Below, one piece after another: positions 43,822-64,000 of a stretch of 64,000 nt of DNA. Numbering within the stretch: the first letter of the stretch is position 1; the number at the start of each line of letters is the position of its first letter. The notes under the pieces were generated by a model, which worked only from the letters and a program-made list of their open reading frames with translations, searched no databases and had not been told where the DNA came from. Where the stretch lies: NCBI RefSeq assembly GCF_009914755.1, contig NC_060943.1; one strand, written 5' to 3'. Source of the DNA: the human T2T-CHM13v2.0 reference genome, Homo sapiens. Both the position numbers and the translations under genes were made by a program.

Positions 43822-44531
43822 TAAGCCACCGCGCCCGGCCTCCCACATCTCTTTAATTTTATATATTTATATGTACATATATACACGCATATATATTTAT
43901 ATATGTATAAATAAATACATACATATATATGTGTATATACACGCGCACACACACACACACATATATAGAAGCTTTTACTTTAAAGCTTTCATTATTGCTA
44001 AGTTTATTTTCATTGTCTCAAGATCTGTTTAACCCTGGAGCCAGACTGGGTCAGTGGGTCTGTGTGGTGCCTCATGTACCTGTCTCTGCCCCTTGAAGTT
44101 CTGTTTACCACCTCCAAGAGGCATAGCCTGCAGTCTCAGCAAAAGGATAGATTCCCAGGAAGAGTGCGAGAGAGGTTTGGGGCCCAGGTGGGCAGCCCAC
44201 CCAGCTGACCCCACCAGGTGGGCATGATATCATGATATCAAATATGCTAAATTTGTGTCTGTGTACATCATGTTCTGGCCCCAGGGAAATGAGCACTTTG
44301 CTGGTGAGGTTGGTGACATTTTGTTTACCATCTATGCCTGAGGAGGAAAGACTGGAGGAAAGAAAGACCTAAGAGGCCAGTTTATATTCACAAACATGGA
44401 AGTCAAGCCTGTTCCACCTTTCCAATGCAATAGAGCACCTACTGGGAAAGCCATGCCTGGCCAGCCCCTGGCAAAACACACCTGAGGATTCATTCCTCCA
44501 TTCACGCAATCATACCTTCAAGAAAAGTTCA

Positions 44532-44837
<306 letters not shown>

Positions 44838-45605
44838 TTACTGTGTGCCAGGCACTGGGGAGACATCAATGAACAAACTTCACAACCCACCAGGCACAGT
44901 GGCTCACGCCTGTAATCCCAGCACTTTGGGAGCTCAAGGCGGGAAAATCACTTGAGGTCAGGAATTCAAGACCAGCCTGGGCAACACAGCAAGATCCCAT
45001 CTCTACAAAAAAATTTTTAAATTAGCCAAACATGGTGGCACACACCTGCAGTCCCCACTACTCAGAGTGGGAGGATCGCTCAAGTCCAGAAAGTCAAAGC
45101 TGCAGCGAGCTATGATGGCATTACTGTACTCCAGGCTGGGAGACAGAGCAAGATCCTGTCTCCAAGACATAATAATAATAATAATAATTCACATCCTAAT
45201 GGTGTTGCTGGACTCCAGTGGGGAAAGTGGTCAGTGGAATTCCTTAGAAGGTCCACAGACCTAGGAAGAGACTTCAGGAACTGCAACCAATCCCTGACTC
45301 TCTAGGGCCTGAGGAGGCACTTGGATGGGAACACCCTCCACCTCCCAAGAGAAGCAGTTGACTCCTCCACGAGGAAGCACTGGACAGCCAGGAGGTGCCT
45401 CTTGTTAACCAAAGTGGGCTGTTGACCTTGAACTCCAGCTCAGAGATCTTGTCCCTGGTCTTGTTCTCAAGACTCATCAGGTTCTCTTTTTCTCTGGACA
45501 TGGAATCTAGATCTTCAATTTTGAAGCCAAATCTATGGGAGTAAAACAAAGAGATTTGATTAAAACAAAAGATGTTGTGCAAAACTCAAAAAATAAAACA
45601 GGCTA

Positions 45606-45954
<349 letters not shown>

Positions 45955-45957
45955 TCA

Positions 45958-46185
<228 letters not shown>

Positions 46186-46374
46186 CTAGATGACTGTAGC
46201 TGACTGATCACCTGCTTGGCAGCCACAGCTTTTACCTGTGTCTTGGGCTTGGGACTCATGGAGCAGAGTGGGTGTCGCCCACAGGACGCATGAATGCTTG
46301 GAGCTTACTGGATCCCTGCATCCCTCCCATCTGTGTTCAGCTCACATTCTTAGTATGTCTAACAGGTCTCATGA

Positions 46375-46656
<282 letters not shown>

Positions 46657-46888
46657 TGAGCCACCACGCCCGGCTTGAGTTGCTTCTTAATATCCATCCT
46701 TCATTTCACCTGTCTGTGTCCTTATTTATAGGGCTCTTGTTCCCTATATAACAGAATTGAAAATTCCCTTTAAAAAAATACAGCAAATGCACACAGAGGA
46801 TCAGAGGATGGAGGGGAGAATTTGATGAGATAACCAGGGAAGTATTTAGTACAAAGCCTGGCACAGAGTCCATGTGCAGTACATGTTA

Positions 46889-47149
<261 letters not shown>

Positions 47150-47316
47150 TCACTTGAACCCAGGAGGCGGAGGTGGCAGCGAGCCGAGATCACACCACTG
47201 CACTCCAGCCTGGGTGACAGGGCGAGACTCTGTCTCAAAAAAAAAAAAATAAAGGCCAGGTGCGGTGGCTCACGCCTGTAATCCCAGAACTTTGGGAGGC
47301 CGAGGCAGGCAGATCA

Positions 47317-47541
<225 letters not shown>

Positions 47542-47663
47542 TCAAAAATAAATAAATAAATAAACAAATAGGCTGGGCGCGGTGGCTCACGCCTGTAATC
47601 CCAACACTTTGGGAGGCCAGGCGGGCGAATCACGAGGTCAGGAGATCGAGACCATCCTGGCTA

Positions 47664-48053
<390 letters not shown>

Positions 48054-48623
48054 TTAATGAGTGGAGGATCCCAGCCTGCCCCACCAGGAGGGAATACATT
48101 TGCATAAGGTCCCTCATCTGCATGGCATCCCAGGGAATTTGCATAGAGATGGCAGCCTGGGGCCACATCAGTATGACCCCTCCTCCCAAGGGTTGAAACT
48201 CCAGCCTACATTACAAAGGCCTAGGGCAATAGGAAAGTGGGAGGGGTGAACCTCAGGATCTGGGGCTCCAGGAAGTAAAGAGAAGTTGGTAGTAAACTAC
48301 CCTTGCTCTTTAACCTTCTGTGGTTCCCAGAGCATGAGCCGCCCTTCAGCTGGCATTCTGGACCTTCTAAGATACTGACCCTCACATCCCCTGCTCCCGC
48401 TGTCACCACCCTCCTACCTGGAATGCCCTTCCCCATATCCCGTGCTGTGACAAAGCTTGCCTATTCTTCAAAGCCTGGACATCCTGAAGAATTCTGAAAG
48501 CTTTCACCACCAGCCCCTCCTTGCCCTGCCCTTGGAAATTTACAAAGCTCTGTGCATCTCCCAGACATGTACAGATTTTTTGGGGTATATAGTTTATTAG
48601 TAAGGTTATATTTGATTGCAAAT

Positions 48624-48626
<3 letters not shown>

Positions 48627-48691
<65 letters not shown>

Positions 48692-48760
48692 TCTCATACA
48701 TATATATATATATATAGTCTATACATATATATATAGTCTCATATATATATATATGTATAC
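48627..48760 (+). repeat. (TA)n(CA)n compound microsatellite
   Basis: Direct reading; a similar degenerate tract lies at 43858-43966. Confidence 0.93.
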
Positions 48761-49019
48761 CAGGAGTCATGTCTCATGCTTGTAATCCCAGCAGTTTGGG
48801 AGGCCAAGGCAGGAAAATTGCTTGAGCCTAGGAGTTCAAGACCAGCCTGAGCAACCTAGTGAGAGCCTGTCTCTACAAAAAAGTCAAAAGATGAGTCTGG
48901 CAGGCCGAGCACGGTGGCTCACGACTGTAATCCCAGCACTTTGGGAGGCAGAGGAGGGCAGACCACTTTAGGTCAGGAGTTCAAGACCAGCCTGGTAATA
49001 TTGTGAAACCCCGTCTCTA

Positions 49020-49226
<207 letters not shown>

Positions 49227-49304
49227 TCACGCCTGTAATCCCAGCACTTTGGGAGTCCGAGGCGGGCAGATCACAAGGTCAGGAGATTGAGACCATCCTG
49301 GCTA

Positions 49305-49595
<291 letters not shown>

Positions 49596-50115
49596 TCAAT
49601 GAGCCATGATTGTACCACTGCACTCCAGTCTGGCCAACAGAGCATGACCCTGTCTCAGAATAAGAGCCGGGTATGGTGGCTCACGTTTGTGATTCCAGCA
49701 CTCTGGGAGGCCGAGGCAGGCAAATTGCTTGAGCCCAAGAGTTCAAGACCAGCCTCGGCAACAACCCAAAAACCCATCTCTACAAAAAAATAGAAAAATT
49801 AGCCAAGCATAGTGGCACATGCCTGTAGTCCCAGCTACTCGGGAAGTTGACATGGAAGGATCCCGAGCCAGGGAGGTCATGGCTGCAGTGAGCCATGGTA
49901 ATGTCACCACACTCCAGCCTGAGCGACAGAGTGAGACCCTGTCTTAATTAAAAAAAAAAAAAAAAAAAAAAAAAAGACTGAGGGGAGGAAGTGGTTAGGG
50001 GAGCTGCTGCTGCTGCTAAAAGAAAGGAAAGGTTGCCAGGCAGGTAAAATACTTGGCATCAGCTCCATAGCTCCGTCAGGAAGCCTTTGCCCCTACCTAT
50101 GCCCCTACCTTCTAG

Positions 50116-50668
<553 letters not shown>

Positions 50669-51110
50669 TAGGCCAGGAGAAAGGAGGTGCTAGAGGCCTT
50701 CCTAGAAGAAGACTTCCTGGGGACTGGTTCTTTTGTTCAATGGATAAACGGGGGTCCCAGGATTTTGCAAAGCAAGTTAGTAGCAAGGCTGGCACTAAAA
50801 CCCAGAGGTCCTGGTCCACAAACCTGGCCTCAGATTGGGGAGAGAAGGTCAGAGAGATCTAAAGCACATTTATTGCCAGGCGCGATGGCTCACACCTGTA
50901 ATCCCAGCACTTTGGGAGGCTGAGGTGAGAGGATCACTTGAGGGCAGGAGTTCAAGACCAGCCTGGGCAACAAAGCGAGAATCAAATTCTACAAAACATT
51001 TAAAAATGCACCGAGCAGCCGGGCACAGTGGCTCACGCCTGTAATCCCAGCACTTTGGGAGGCCGAGGCAGGTGGAGCACGAGATCAGGAGATCGAGACC
51101 ATCCTGGCTA

Positions 51111-51344
<234 letters not shown>

Positions 51345-52421
51345 CTACTCAGGAGGCTGAGGCAGAGGATCCCTTGGGCTGGGAAGTTTGAGGTTAGAGG
51401 GAGCCAAGATCTGCACTCCAACCTGGGCGACAAAGCACAACCCTGCCTCAAAATTAAATACATAAATAAATTAAGCACATTTATTTATTTTACTGTTTTA
51501 TTTTATTATTATATATATTTTAAGAGACGGGGCTCTACCATGTTGCCAGGCGTGTCTTGAACCCCTAAATTCAAGTGATCTGCCAGCCTTGGCCTCCCAA
51601 AGTGCTGGGATTGCAGACATGAGCCACTGCGCAAGGCCTATTTGTGTATTTATTTATTTTAGAGACAAAATCTCTCTGTCTCCCAGGCTGGAGTGCAGTG
51701 GCTCAATCACAGCTCACTGCAGCCTCAACCTCCCTGGGCTCAGGTGATCCTCCCACCTCGGCCTCCCGAGTAGCTGTAGCTGCTATGCATTTATTATGTG
51801 TGCGCCTATTTGTCCAGCCATCCTCACACCCAGTTTGTGCCAAGCCTGAGACACAAGCTATCTGGAGCTCACATGGCATGGAGGTTAAAAGCACAGACTG
51901 GCCGGGTGCAGTAGCTCACCCCTGTAATCCCAGCACTTTGGGAGGCTAATGCAGGCAGATCACAAGGTCAGGAGTTCGAGACCAGCCTGACCAACATGGT
52001 GAAAGCCCGTCTCTACTAAAAATACAAAAATTAGCCGGGCGTGGTGGTGCGTGCCTGTAATCCCAGCTACTCAGGAGGCTGAGGCAGGAGAATCACTCAA
52101 ACCTGGGGGGCGGAGGTTGCAGCGAGCCGAGATTGATTGCGCCACTGCACTCCAGCCTTGGCAACAGAGCCAGACTCCGTCTCAAAAACAAAAAGAGCAC
52201 AGACCATCCGGGCCCAAAAGAAGCACCCGGCCTGCTATGTGTCTTTGCTGGGTGGCTTGGGGCAAACAACCACCCTGTGCCTCAGTTTACTTTTCAGTGA
52301 AATGGGGATCACCATGGTGTCCCCTTCATGGGATCCCTGTGAGGAACTAACTAAGAGAAATAAGGTGCTTAGAAGAGTCAGCTCTGGCTCTGCCATTTTG
52401 TTTATTTTTATTTATTTTTAA

Positions 52422-52697
<276 letters not shown>

Positions 52698-52856
52698 TGA
52701 GTCACTTCATCTCTCTGCTTCAGTTTCCCTATCGCCCATGGCGCTGCATGGCTTACATGAGATAATATTCGCAGTGCACTTAGATCAGTGCCTGGCACAC
52801 GGTAAGTGCTGACTACATGTATTAACAGTATCGTAAGTGCCGGGCGCGGTGGCTCA

Positions 52857-53246
<390 letters not shown>

Positions 53247-53649
53247 CTAGGTGGTCCTCTTGCTAGGGCAAGAAGCCCCCAAGCACCTGCCCCCAGCTGA
53301 GCAGCTCCGCGCCTCCTGGCCCTGGACGAACTTGGGCCCAGACTGGCGCTCCGTGGCACCCCCTCCCCCGGACTCCCGCTTCGCGCCCTCATCCCGCCCC
53401 CCGGCGCGGCCTCACCAGCTCCCCCTGGGCAGCCCAAAGAATGCGAAGAGGTAGGTGGGGGTAGGGAGGAGGGCGAGCCGCTGGGAGAGACAAAGGGCCC
53501 GAGTCTGAGCGAGAGACACAAAGACGCGAGGAGGCTGGGGAGATAGGGGAAGTGGGACAAGGACGCGGGGAGTGACCAGGTCCGGAGGCCGGACTGGAGC
53601 CCAGCCCCACCCAGCCCGGCCGGGCCAGCGCAGCGCGGGGGCCGGTCTC

Positions 53650-53668
53650 TGCTGCCCCCTGGCGGGTG
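53650..53668 (-). promoter_or_regulatory. CTCF motif, reverse, in a CpG-rich patch (~53330-53810) upstream of NECTIN2
   Basis: Minus strand CACCCGCCAGGGGGCAGCA. Confidence 0.72.
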
Positions 53669-53749
53669 GCTGCGGTGAGAAGGCGGCGCGGAGCAGGTGT
53701 TGGGAGGGGAGGACCAGGGCGCGCAGGGAGGTAGGGAGGGAAGGAAGCA

Positions 53750-54110
53750 GAGAACAGAGCAGGGACAGAGAGACAGCGAGAGAGACTCGCACGCAGAGAC
53801 AAGAGACGCCGAGAGGGAGACACAGAGAAAGAGACAGGGACAGAGAGACACAGATAGAGACAGAGAGAGACACACGGAGAGACAGAGACAGAGAAGCACA
53901 GAGATAGAGAGGCACAGAGATAGAGACAGAGAAACACAGAGACAGAGAGGCACACAGAGACAGAGAGGCACAGAGACAGGCCTATAGAGACAGAGATACA
54001 CAGAAATAGAGACAGAGACAGAGAGGCACACAGATAGAGACAGAGAGACACAGAGACAGAGTCAAAGGATGGAAAGAGACATGGGGACCAAGTGACCCAG
54101 AAACAGTGAC
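53750..54110 (+). repeat. (AGAGAC)n-like GA/CA low-complexity repeat
   Basis: Direct reading; source of S/L/C/V-rich minus-strand ORFs. Confidence 0.9.
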
Positions 54111-54399
54111 AGACAGGCCGGGCTTGGTGGCTCACGCCTGTAATCCCAGCATCTTGGGAGGCCGAGCCGGGAGGATCGCTTGAGGCCAGCCTCAGCAACA
54201 TAGTGAGACCCCGCCGCCCCCCCGCCCCGTCTCTTTTATTGAAATAAAGAAACAGTGACTGACAAAGGAAGACCAGAAACAGAGCGACACCGAAGCATGA
54301 GGACGGAAAGACCCAGAGAGGCAGAAATACAGGGACAGAGAGGAAGACCCAAAGAGAGTGAGAGAGACACAAAGACACGTAAGAGAGACAGAGAAATCC

Positions 54400-55700
54400 A
54401 GAAAGAAACGAGTGCAGCGACACCTAGAGTTCGGGGCAGAGATTAGAAACGCACGAGGGTACGAGAAACAGGCTCAGGGCGATGGGCTCGACCTGCGGGG
54501 AGGTCGCACAACCGGGACGTGCTGGGGGCAGAACCGTAAAGCCCCACGTGCCTCAGGCAACTGTGATGAGAGGACCCGGGCAGGCAGGAAAGGGCAGGAT
54601 TCGAACTGTGGGTGGGACAGAGGCCAGGACGGACTGAGCTAAGAGACCGAGAGAACTCCGGCTAGGGCGAGGGGCGGGGCTGGTGGAGGCGGGGCTGGTG
54701 GGGGCGGAGTCGGCCGGAAGGGCCGAAAGGGGCGTGGCAAGACCTTGGCGAGGCGGCCGGTAGGCAGGGGGCGGGGCGTGGGAACTACTCGGGAGCAGAG
54801 GGGGCGTGGCTAGACCTTAGGGGGCGTGGCTTAACGCCGGGAGCGAAGGAGACAGAATTCTTCGGCAGGGGCGACCTTAGAATCCTGGGGAGGAGCGAGA
54901 ATGGAATCCCGGGGAGGAACAGGGGTGGAATCCGGGGGGCGGGGTCAGAACGCCAGGAGGGGGCGGGGCCGGAGCCAGGGTCGGCTTGACTCGGGGGAGC
55001 AGCGGGTGGATCCTGTGACGTCAGCGGGTTCGAACCGCCGGAGCTGAGCGAGAGGCCGGGGGTGCCGAGCCGGGCGGGGAGAGCTGGGCCGGGAGAGCAG
55101 AACAGGGAGGCTAGAGCGCAGCGGGAACCGGCCCGGAGCCGGAGCCGGAGCCCCACAGGCACCTACTAAACCGCCCAGCCGATCGGCCCCCACAGAGTGG
55201 CCCGCGGGCCTCCGGCCGGGCCCAGTCCCCTCCCGGGCCCTCCATGGCCCGGGCCGCTGCCCTCCTGCCGTCGAGATCGCCGCCGACGCCGCTGCTGTGG
55301 CCGCTGCTGCTGCTGCTGCTCCTGGAAACCGGTGAGACGAGCGGACGGCCCCCTGCCCTCGCGCGGACCCCCTCCAACCTTACCTTCCGAGCTGGGGAAG
55401 CCGAGCACCTTCCCCGCCCACCCCCGGCTCCCCGAGCCCCCTCTCGCGTGCCCCCTTCCTGGCTGGCCCCACAGACTCCGACCCCCTACACGTCCGATTC
55501 TCTCGAGGAGACTCTGACCCCTCCTTTCTGCATCTCTCTCACCACCACCCCCATCCTTCTTAATCCAATTGCCCATCCTACGCCTGCTTGTCTGTCCCCC
55601 TCCCCATTTCTCGGATTCCCGCGCCGAAAGGGTTAAATCCCAGGAAGGCCTGGTGCCCCCTCCCCACCCCGCGCCGAGTAGTTCACCCGGATCTGGGTCT
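54400..55700 (+). promoter_or_regulatory. NECTIN2: NECTIN2 CpG-island promoter: many GC boxes and a perfect CRE (TGACGTCA 55016-55023)
   Basis: GGGGCGGGGC / GGGGCGTGGC repeated across 54671-54970; palindromic CRE; CpG-dense. Confidence 0.9.
55244..55331 (+). CDS. NECTIN2: NECTIN2 (PVRL2/CD112) exon 1 coding part, signal peptide; rest of gene lies beyond the window
   Basis: MARAAALLPSRSPPTPLLWPLLLLLLLET; CCG|gtgaga, 88 nt phase 1; expected gene order CBLC-BCAM-NECTIN2. Confidence 0.96.
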
Positions 55701-58547
55701 CTGTCTCCTCTACCCCTCTCAGGAATGTGGGGAATGTTCCCCCCACCTACCGCAGTAAGGTCTCGAGGAAGAGGCGAGACCACCTCCCTCCCCTATTTTT
55801 CCTTCTTCCCGGCTTGGGCGTCTGAGGCCCGGAGAGAACTGAGGACAAGCGGACCTGATTCGGGTCCCTTGGAGGGCTAAGGATAAGAGTTCTGGCGACT
55901 TAGGGGGAAGGGCCTGAGCTCGGAGCTCCAACCCCGAACCTCAGGGAGTTGGGGGTTCTGACTCCGTGGACTCCAGAAAAATTAGGGGCCGGGGGCTCCG
56001 TCTTCAGGGTCCCTGGTAGAATGGAGGCTAGGCGCTAAGTCTAACTGGGATCTAGGTAAAACTGGGGGCGAGAGAGGATCAAACTTGTAGCTTCTGGATT
56101 TAATTGTGGGCAGGGGGCTTCGTTTTCAGGGTTCCCGGCAGAACCGGGGGACAGGAGACTCGATCTCGTGGGCTTCAGACTTAATTGTAGGCAGAGGAAC
56201 GTCTTCTGAGATCCAAACAGAAGTGCGAGCAGCGGGCCCCGTCTCTTGGGCTCCAGATATGATCAAGGGTCGAAGGCTCTGTCTTGAGGCTGGAGTCTCA
56301 GTCGCCTGAGTCCCAGATAGAACGGGAGGCCCCGAGTCCCAGAGGCTGGGAGACTCCTCCCTTTCCCTATGAATGGTCGGGGGCGACGGAGACGTCGCCG
56401 GGGAAGTTTTCCTGGTTTCACTCTCGCCGAGCCAGGGAGGGGCGGGGCGGGCGCTCCTGGCTCCGGGTTCCGGACTCCCCGGTTTCGGGACCTTATCTAT
56501 CCTCTGGTAGCGCCTTTGTCCTCAGAGCCATAGCAGGAGGTGGACGAGTGGAGCCGCCGCCCTTATCCCCCGTCCCTCCCATTGCTATGCCTTGGACCCC
56601 CTGGCGTCCTTCCATCCACCCCACTAGGGGAGGAGAGCGGCCCCCCTGGGGAGGGAGGGGCTGGGAGGGAACCCTTGAAAGAGGCGCTGGCCCCGCCCCT
56701 TGCAGGTGACCCGGTTGTGTATTCCCAGCGACAAACTCTGGGATGCTAGAGTTTCCCGAGGGTTTGCGCAGAAGAGAGCTCAGGGGGATCTTGGGGGAAC
56801 CCCGGCCACCTCTCTGGCCTCATTTCCCCCAGGATGGCTCTCACTGGCCTCCCAGCTTTGACCCAGAGCTGGGAACTCCGCTTCCATCCCCTGCCTCTCC
56901 CTTCAGGCAGAAATAGGCAGATGAGATCAGAACTGGCACCTCTGGGTGAATTCTCCGAACCCACCAGACCCTGAGCCTACTGTTAGCTTGGTGCATGATC
57001 TCACCGAAGGCTCCAGCTTGCCCTGGGAAACAGGTCCTGTTTCTGTTTCCATCTTAGAGATGAGGAAACAGGCTCAGCAAAGGCAAGCAGCCTTCTCAAG
57101 GTCTCACAGCAGGTCCCGGGGAAGCCGGGCTCCGGTTCTTCAGAGCCCCGCACCGGGTGGGCTCCAGGAAGTGCCTCTGAGTTTCCATTTCCTCCCTCGT
57201 AAAAAAACTGAGATAACAATCCTTTCCCTGCGGACCATCCGGAAGGCTCCCAGGCCCCACTGATTCCCTGTGAAACCTCTTAGCCCCTGGAGAAGGAGCT
57301 GTCGGCCCCTTTCTTGACCACCCCCACCCCAATCCTTCGCCTCTGCTGTCCGCTGGCTGGCCGGCTGGCATGTGCTCGCTCTCCCTCTCTCTCTCTCTCC
57401 CCTCCCCCTCCCTGTTTTCCTCCTTCCCTCACTTTCTTTCCCCCTCTTCATCTCTCTTCGTTTCTCACCCTTTCTCTCTCCATCCCTCTCCAAGCTCTTT
57501 CTCTCTTCTCCTCTCCCCATCTCTCTCTCTCCTCTCCGTCTTTCTCTGTATACCTGTCTAGCTCCACTGCCTCCCCCGCTTGGCCTCCTCGGGGAATGCG
57601 GGTGCACCACCTGGGCCCCCAGCTGGGCCGGCTCCCCTCCCCCAGCTTTCTTCCCTGCCCATCCGTGTGTCCATGTCCGCCAGGCAGCCCCACGTAGTGG
57701 AGGGGGAGGGGAGCAGAGGGACGGCAGCCTGGCTGTCTCCTCTCATTAGGGAAGGGGGACTGGGCAGAGGAGAAGTTGGGGGGTGGGTATATAGAGAGGC
57801 TGGAGCTACAAGGATGGGTACAGAGGCCAATAGAGGGAAGCGGTCAGACACAGATTTAGGAATGGGGTCAGAGACACGTGTAGGAATGGAATCAGAGGAT
57901 AGAAGGGGAGTGAAATGCCGGCACAGGGTCGGGGGAGTGAAATACCGTCACAGGGATGAGGCTGAAAGACACTGGAATGGGACGGAGGAGGGTGGGGGAA
58001 GGGAGCTAGACATAGATACCAGATGAAGGCAGGGACAGGAAAAGGAAAGGGGTTTGGTGACAGGCAGGGAGCCCCAAAGACTCCAGCTGTGGGACAGCAG
58101 AGGTGCCGTGACCCACGGAGGTCAGGGTACAGGGGGCCTCAAGGCCAGCGACATGTGGGGGCCACAGGGAGTGATGAACACAGAAGGGACAGGGAGCTGG
58201 GCACATGGGCCAGCTCCCCCGCCCCTGCCTGGGACGCTGTTACATTTTTAATGTCCCAGCAGTGCTGACAAATGGAGCAGGAAGGGGAGGAGAAGAGGGG
58301 ACCCAGCAAGATGGGCCAGGCTGTGAGAAGGTGTGTCAGAAATATGGGGAGACAGGGCACTGGAGACCCAGGAGGCAGGGAGACTCCACAGTCAGAGACA
58401 GAAACAGAGACGTAGACCAGAAGGCTTGTGAGAAGAGAACCCCAGGAATCAAGGCAGAGAGCCAGGTTCCAGACACAGGGAGACCCAGACGGAGAAAGAG
58501 ACCGGAGATGTCAGACATACAGAGGAAAGAGGAAGAGAGTGACTAAC

Positions 58548-58700
58548 GGGGACAGGGTATCTTCTCAGGCTAATGAAAATGTTCTATAATTGCTCGGGTG
58601 ATGGATGGCTAACTCTGAATATACAAAAGCCACTGAACTGTACACTTTAAATGGGTAGATTGTATGGTATGGGAATAATGTCTCAATAAAGCTGTTACAA
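58548..58700 (+). mobile_element. Old L1 (L1M) 3'-end fragment
   Basis: aatgaaaatgttct...ccactgaactgtacactttaaatggg...tctcaataaagctgtt is typical of L1M 3' ends. Confidence 0.7.
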
Positions 58701-58769
58701 AGAGACAGAGAATATAAGAGGCACAGAGCAGAGACCAGAGACTCTGGGGGACACAGATAAGAGTGACAG

Positions 58770-64000
<5,231 letters not shown>

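Noticed and set aside
44208-44226. CCACCAGGTGGGCA and similar partial CTCF-like motifs (also ~26697, ~62750)
   Set aside because: Mismatches at high-information core positions
55244-55636. 130-aa ORF from the NECTIN2 ATG
   Set aside because: Exon 1 read-through into intron 1 past a good donor; no independent coding evidence

Overview
Human genomic DNA, GC-rich and very Alu-dense, recognisable as chr19q13.32 next to the APOE cluster. Three + strand genes are present: the last five exons of CBLC (RING finger, proline-rich region, stop, poly(A) signal); the complete 15-exon BCAM/Lutheran gene (spliced CDS 1887 nt = 628 aa, Lu(b)/Au(a) alleles); and the CpG-island promoter, exon 1 and start of intron 1 of NECTIN2 (PVRL2/CD112). 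All exon boundaries were read from GT/AG sites and are phase-consistent. Each gene carries chr19-type MSR1 36-37 bp minisatellite arrays, the largest (~38 units) just past the CBLC poly(A) site; it and Alus explain most long ORFs. I see no firm evidence for a wholly new system. The best unexplained signals are: (1) a one-orientation cluster of nuclear-receptor DR1 sites in BCAM introns 6-7; (2) splice-site-flanked minus-strand segments in the unique islands between BCAM and NECTIN2 that may be a relic gene or lncRNA; (3) convergent CTCF motifs bracketing BCAM; (4) an in-frame, stop-free BCAM intron 14 linked to the NMD question for Lu(v13); (5) an octamer cluster and a duplicated 26-mer upstream of NECTIN2. 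Repeat family names and literature links are from recall, not database searches.
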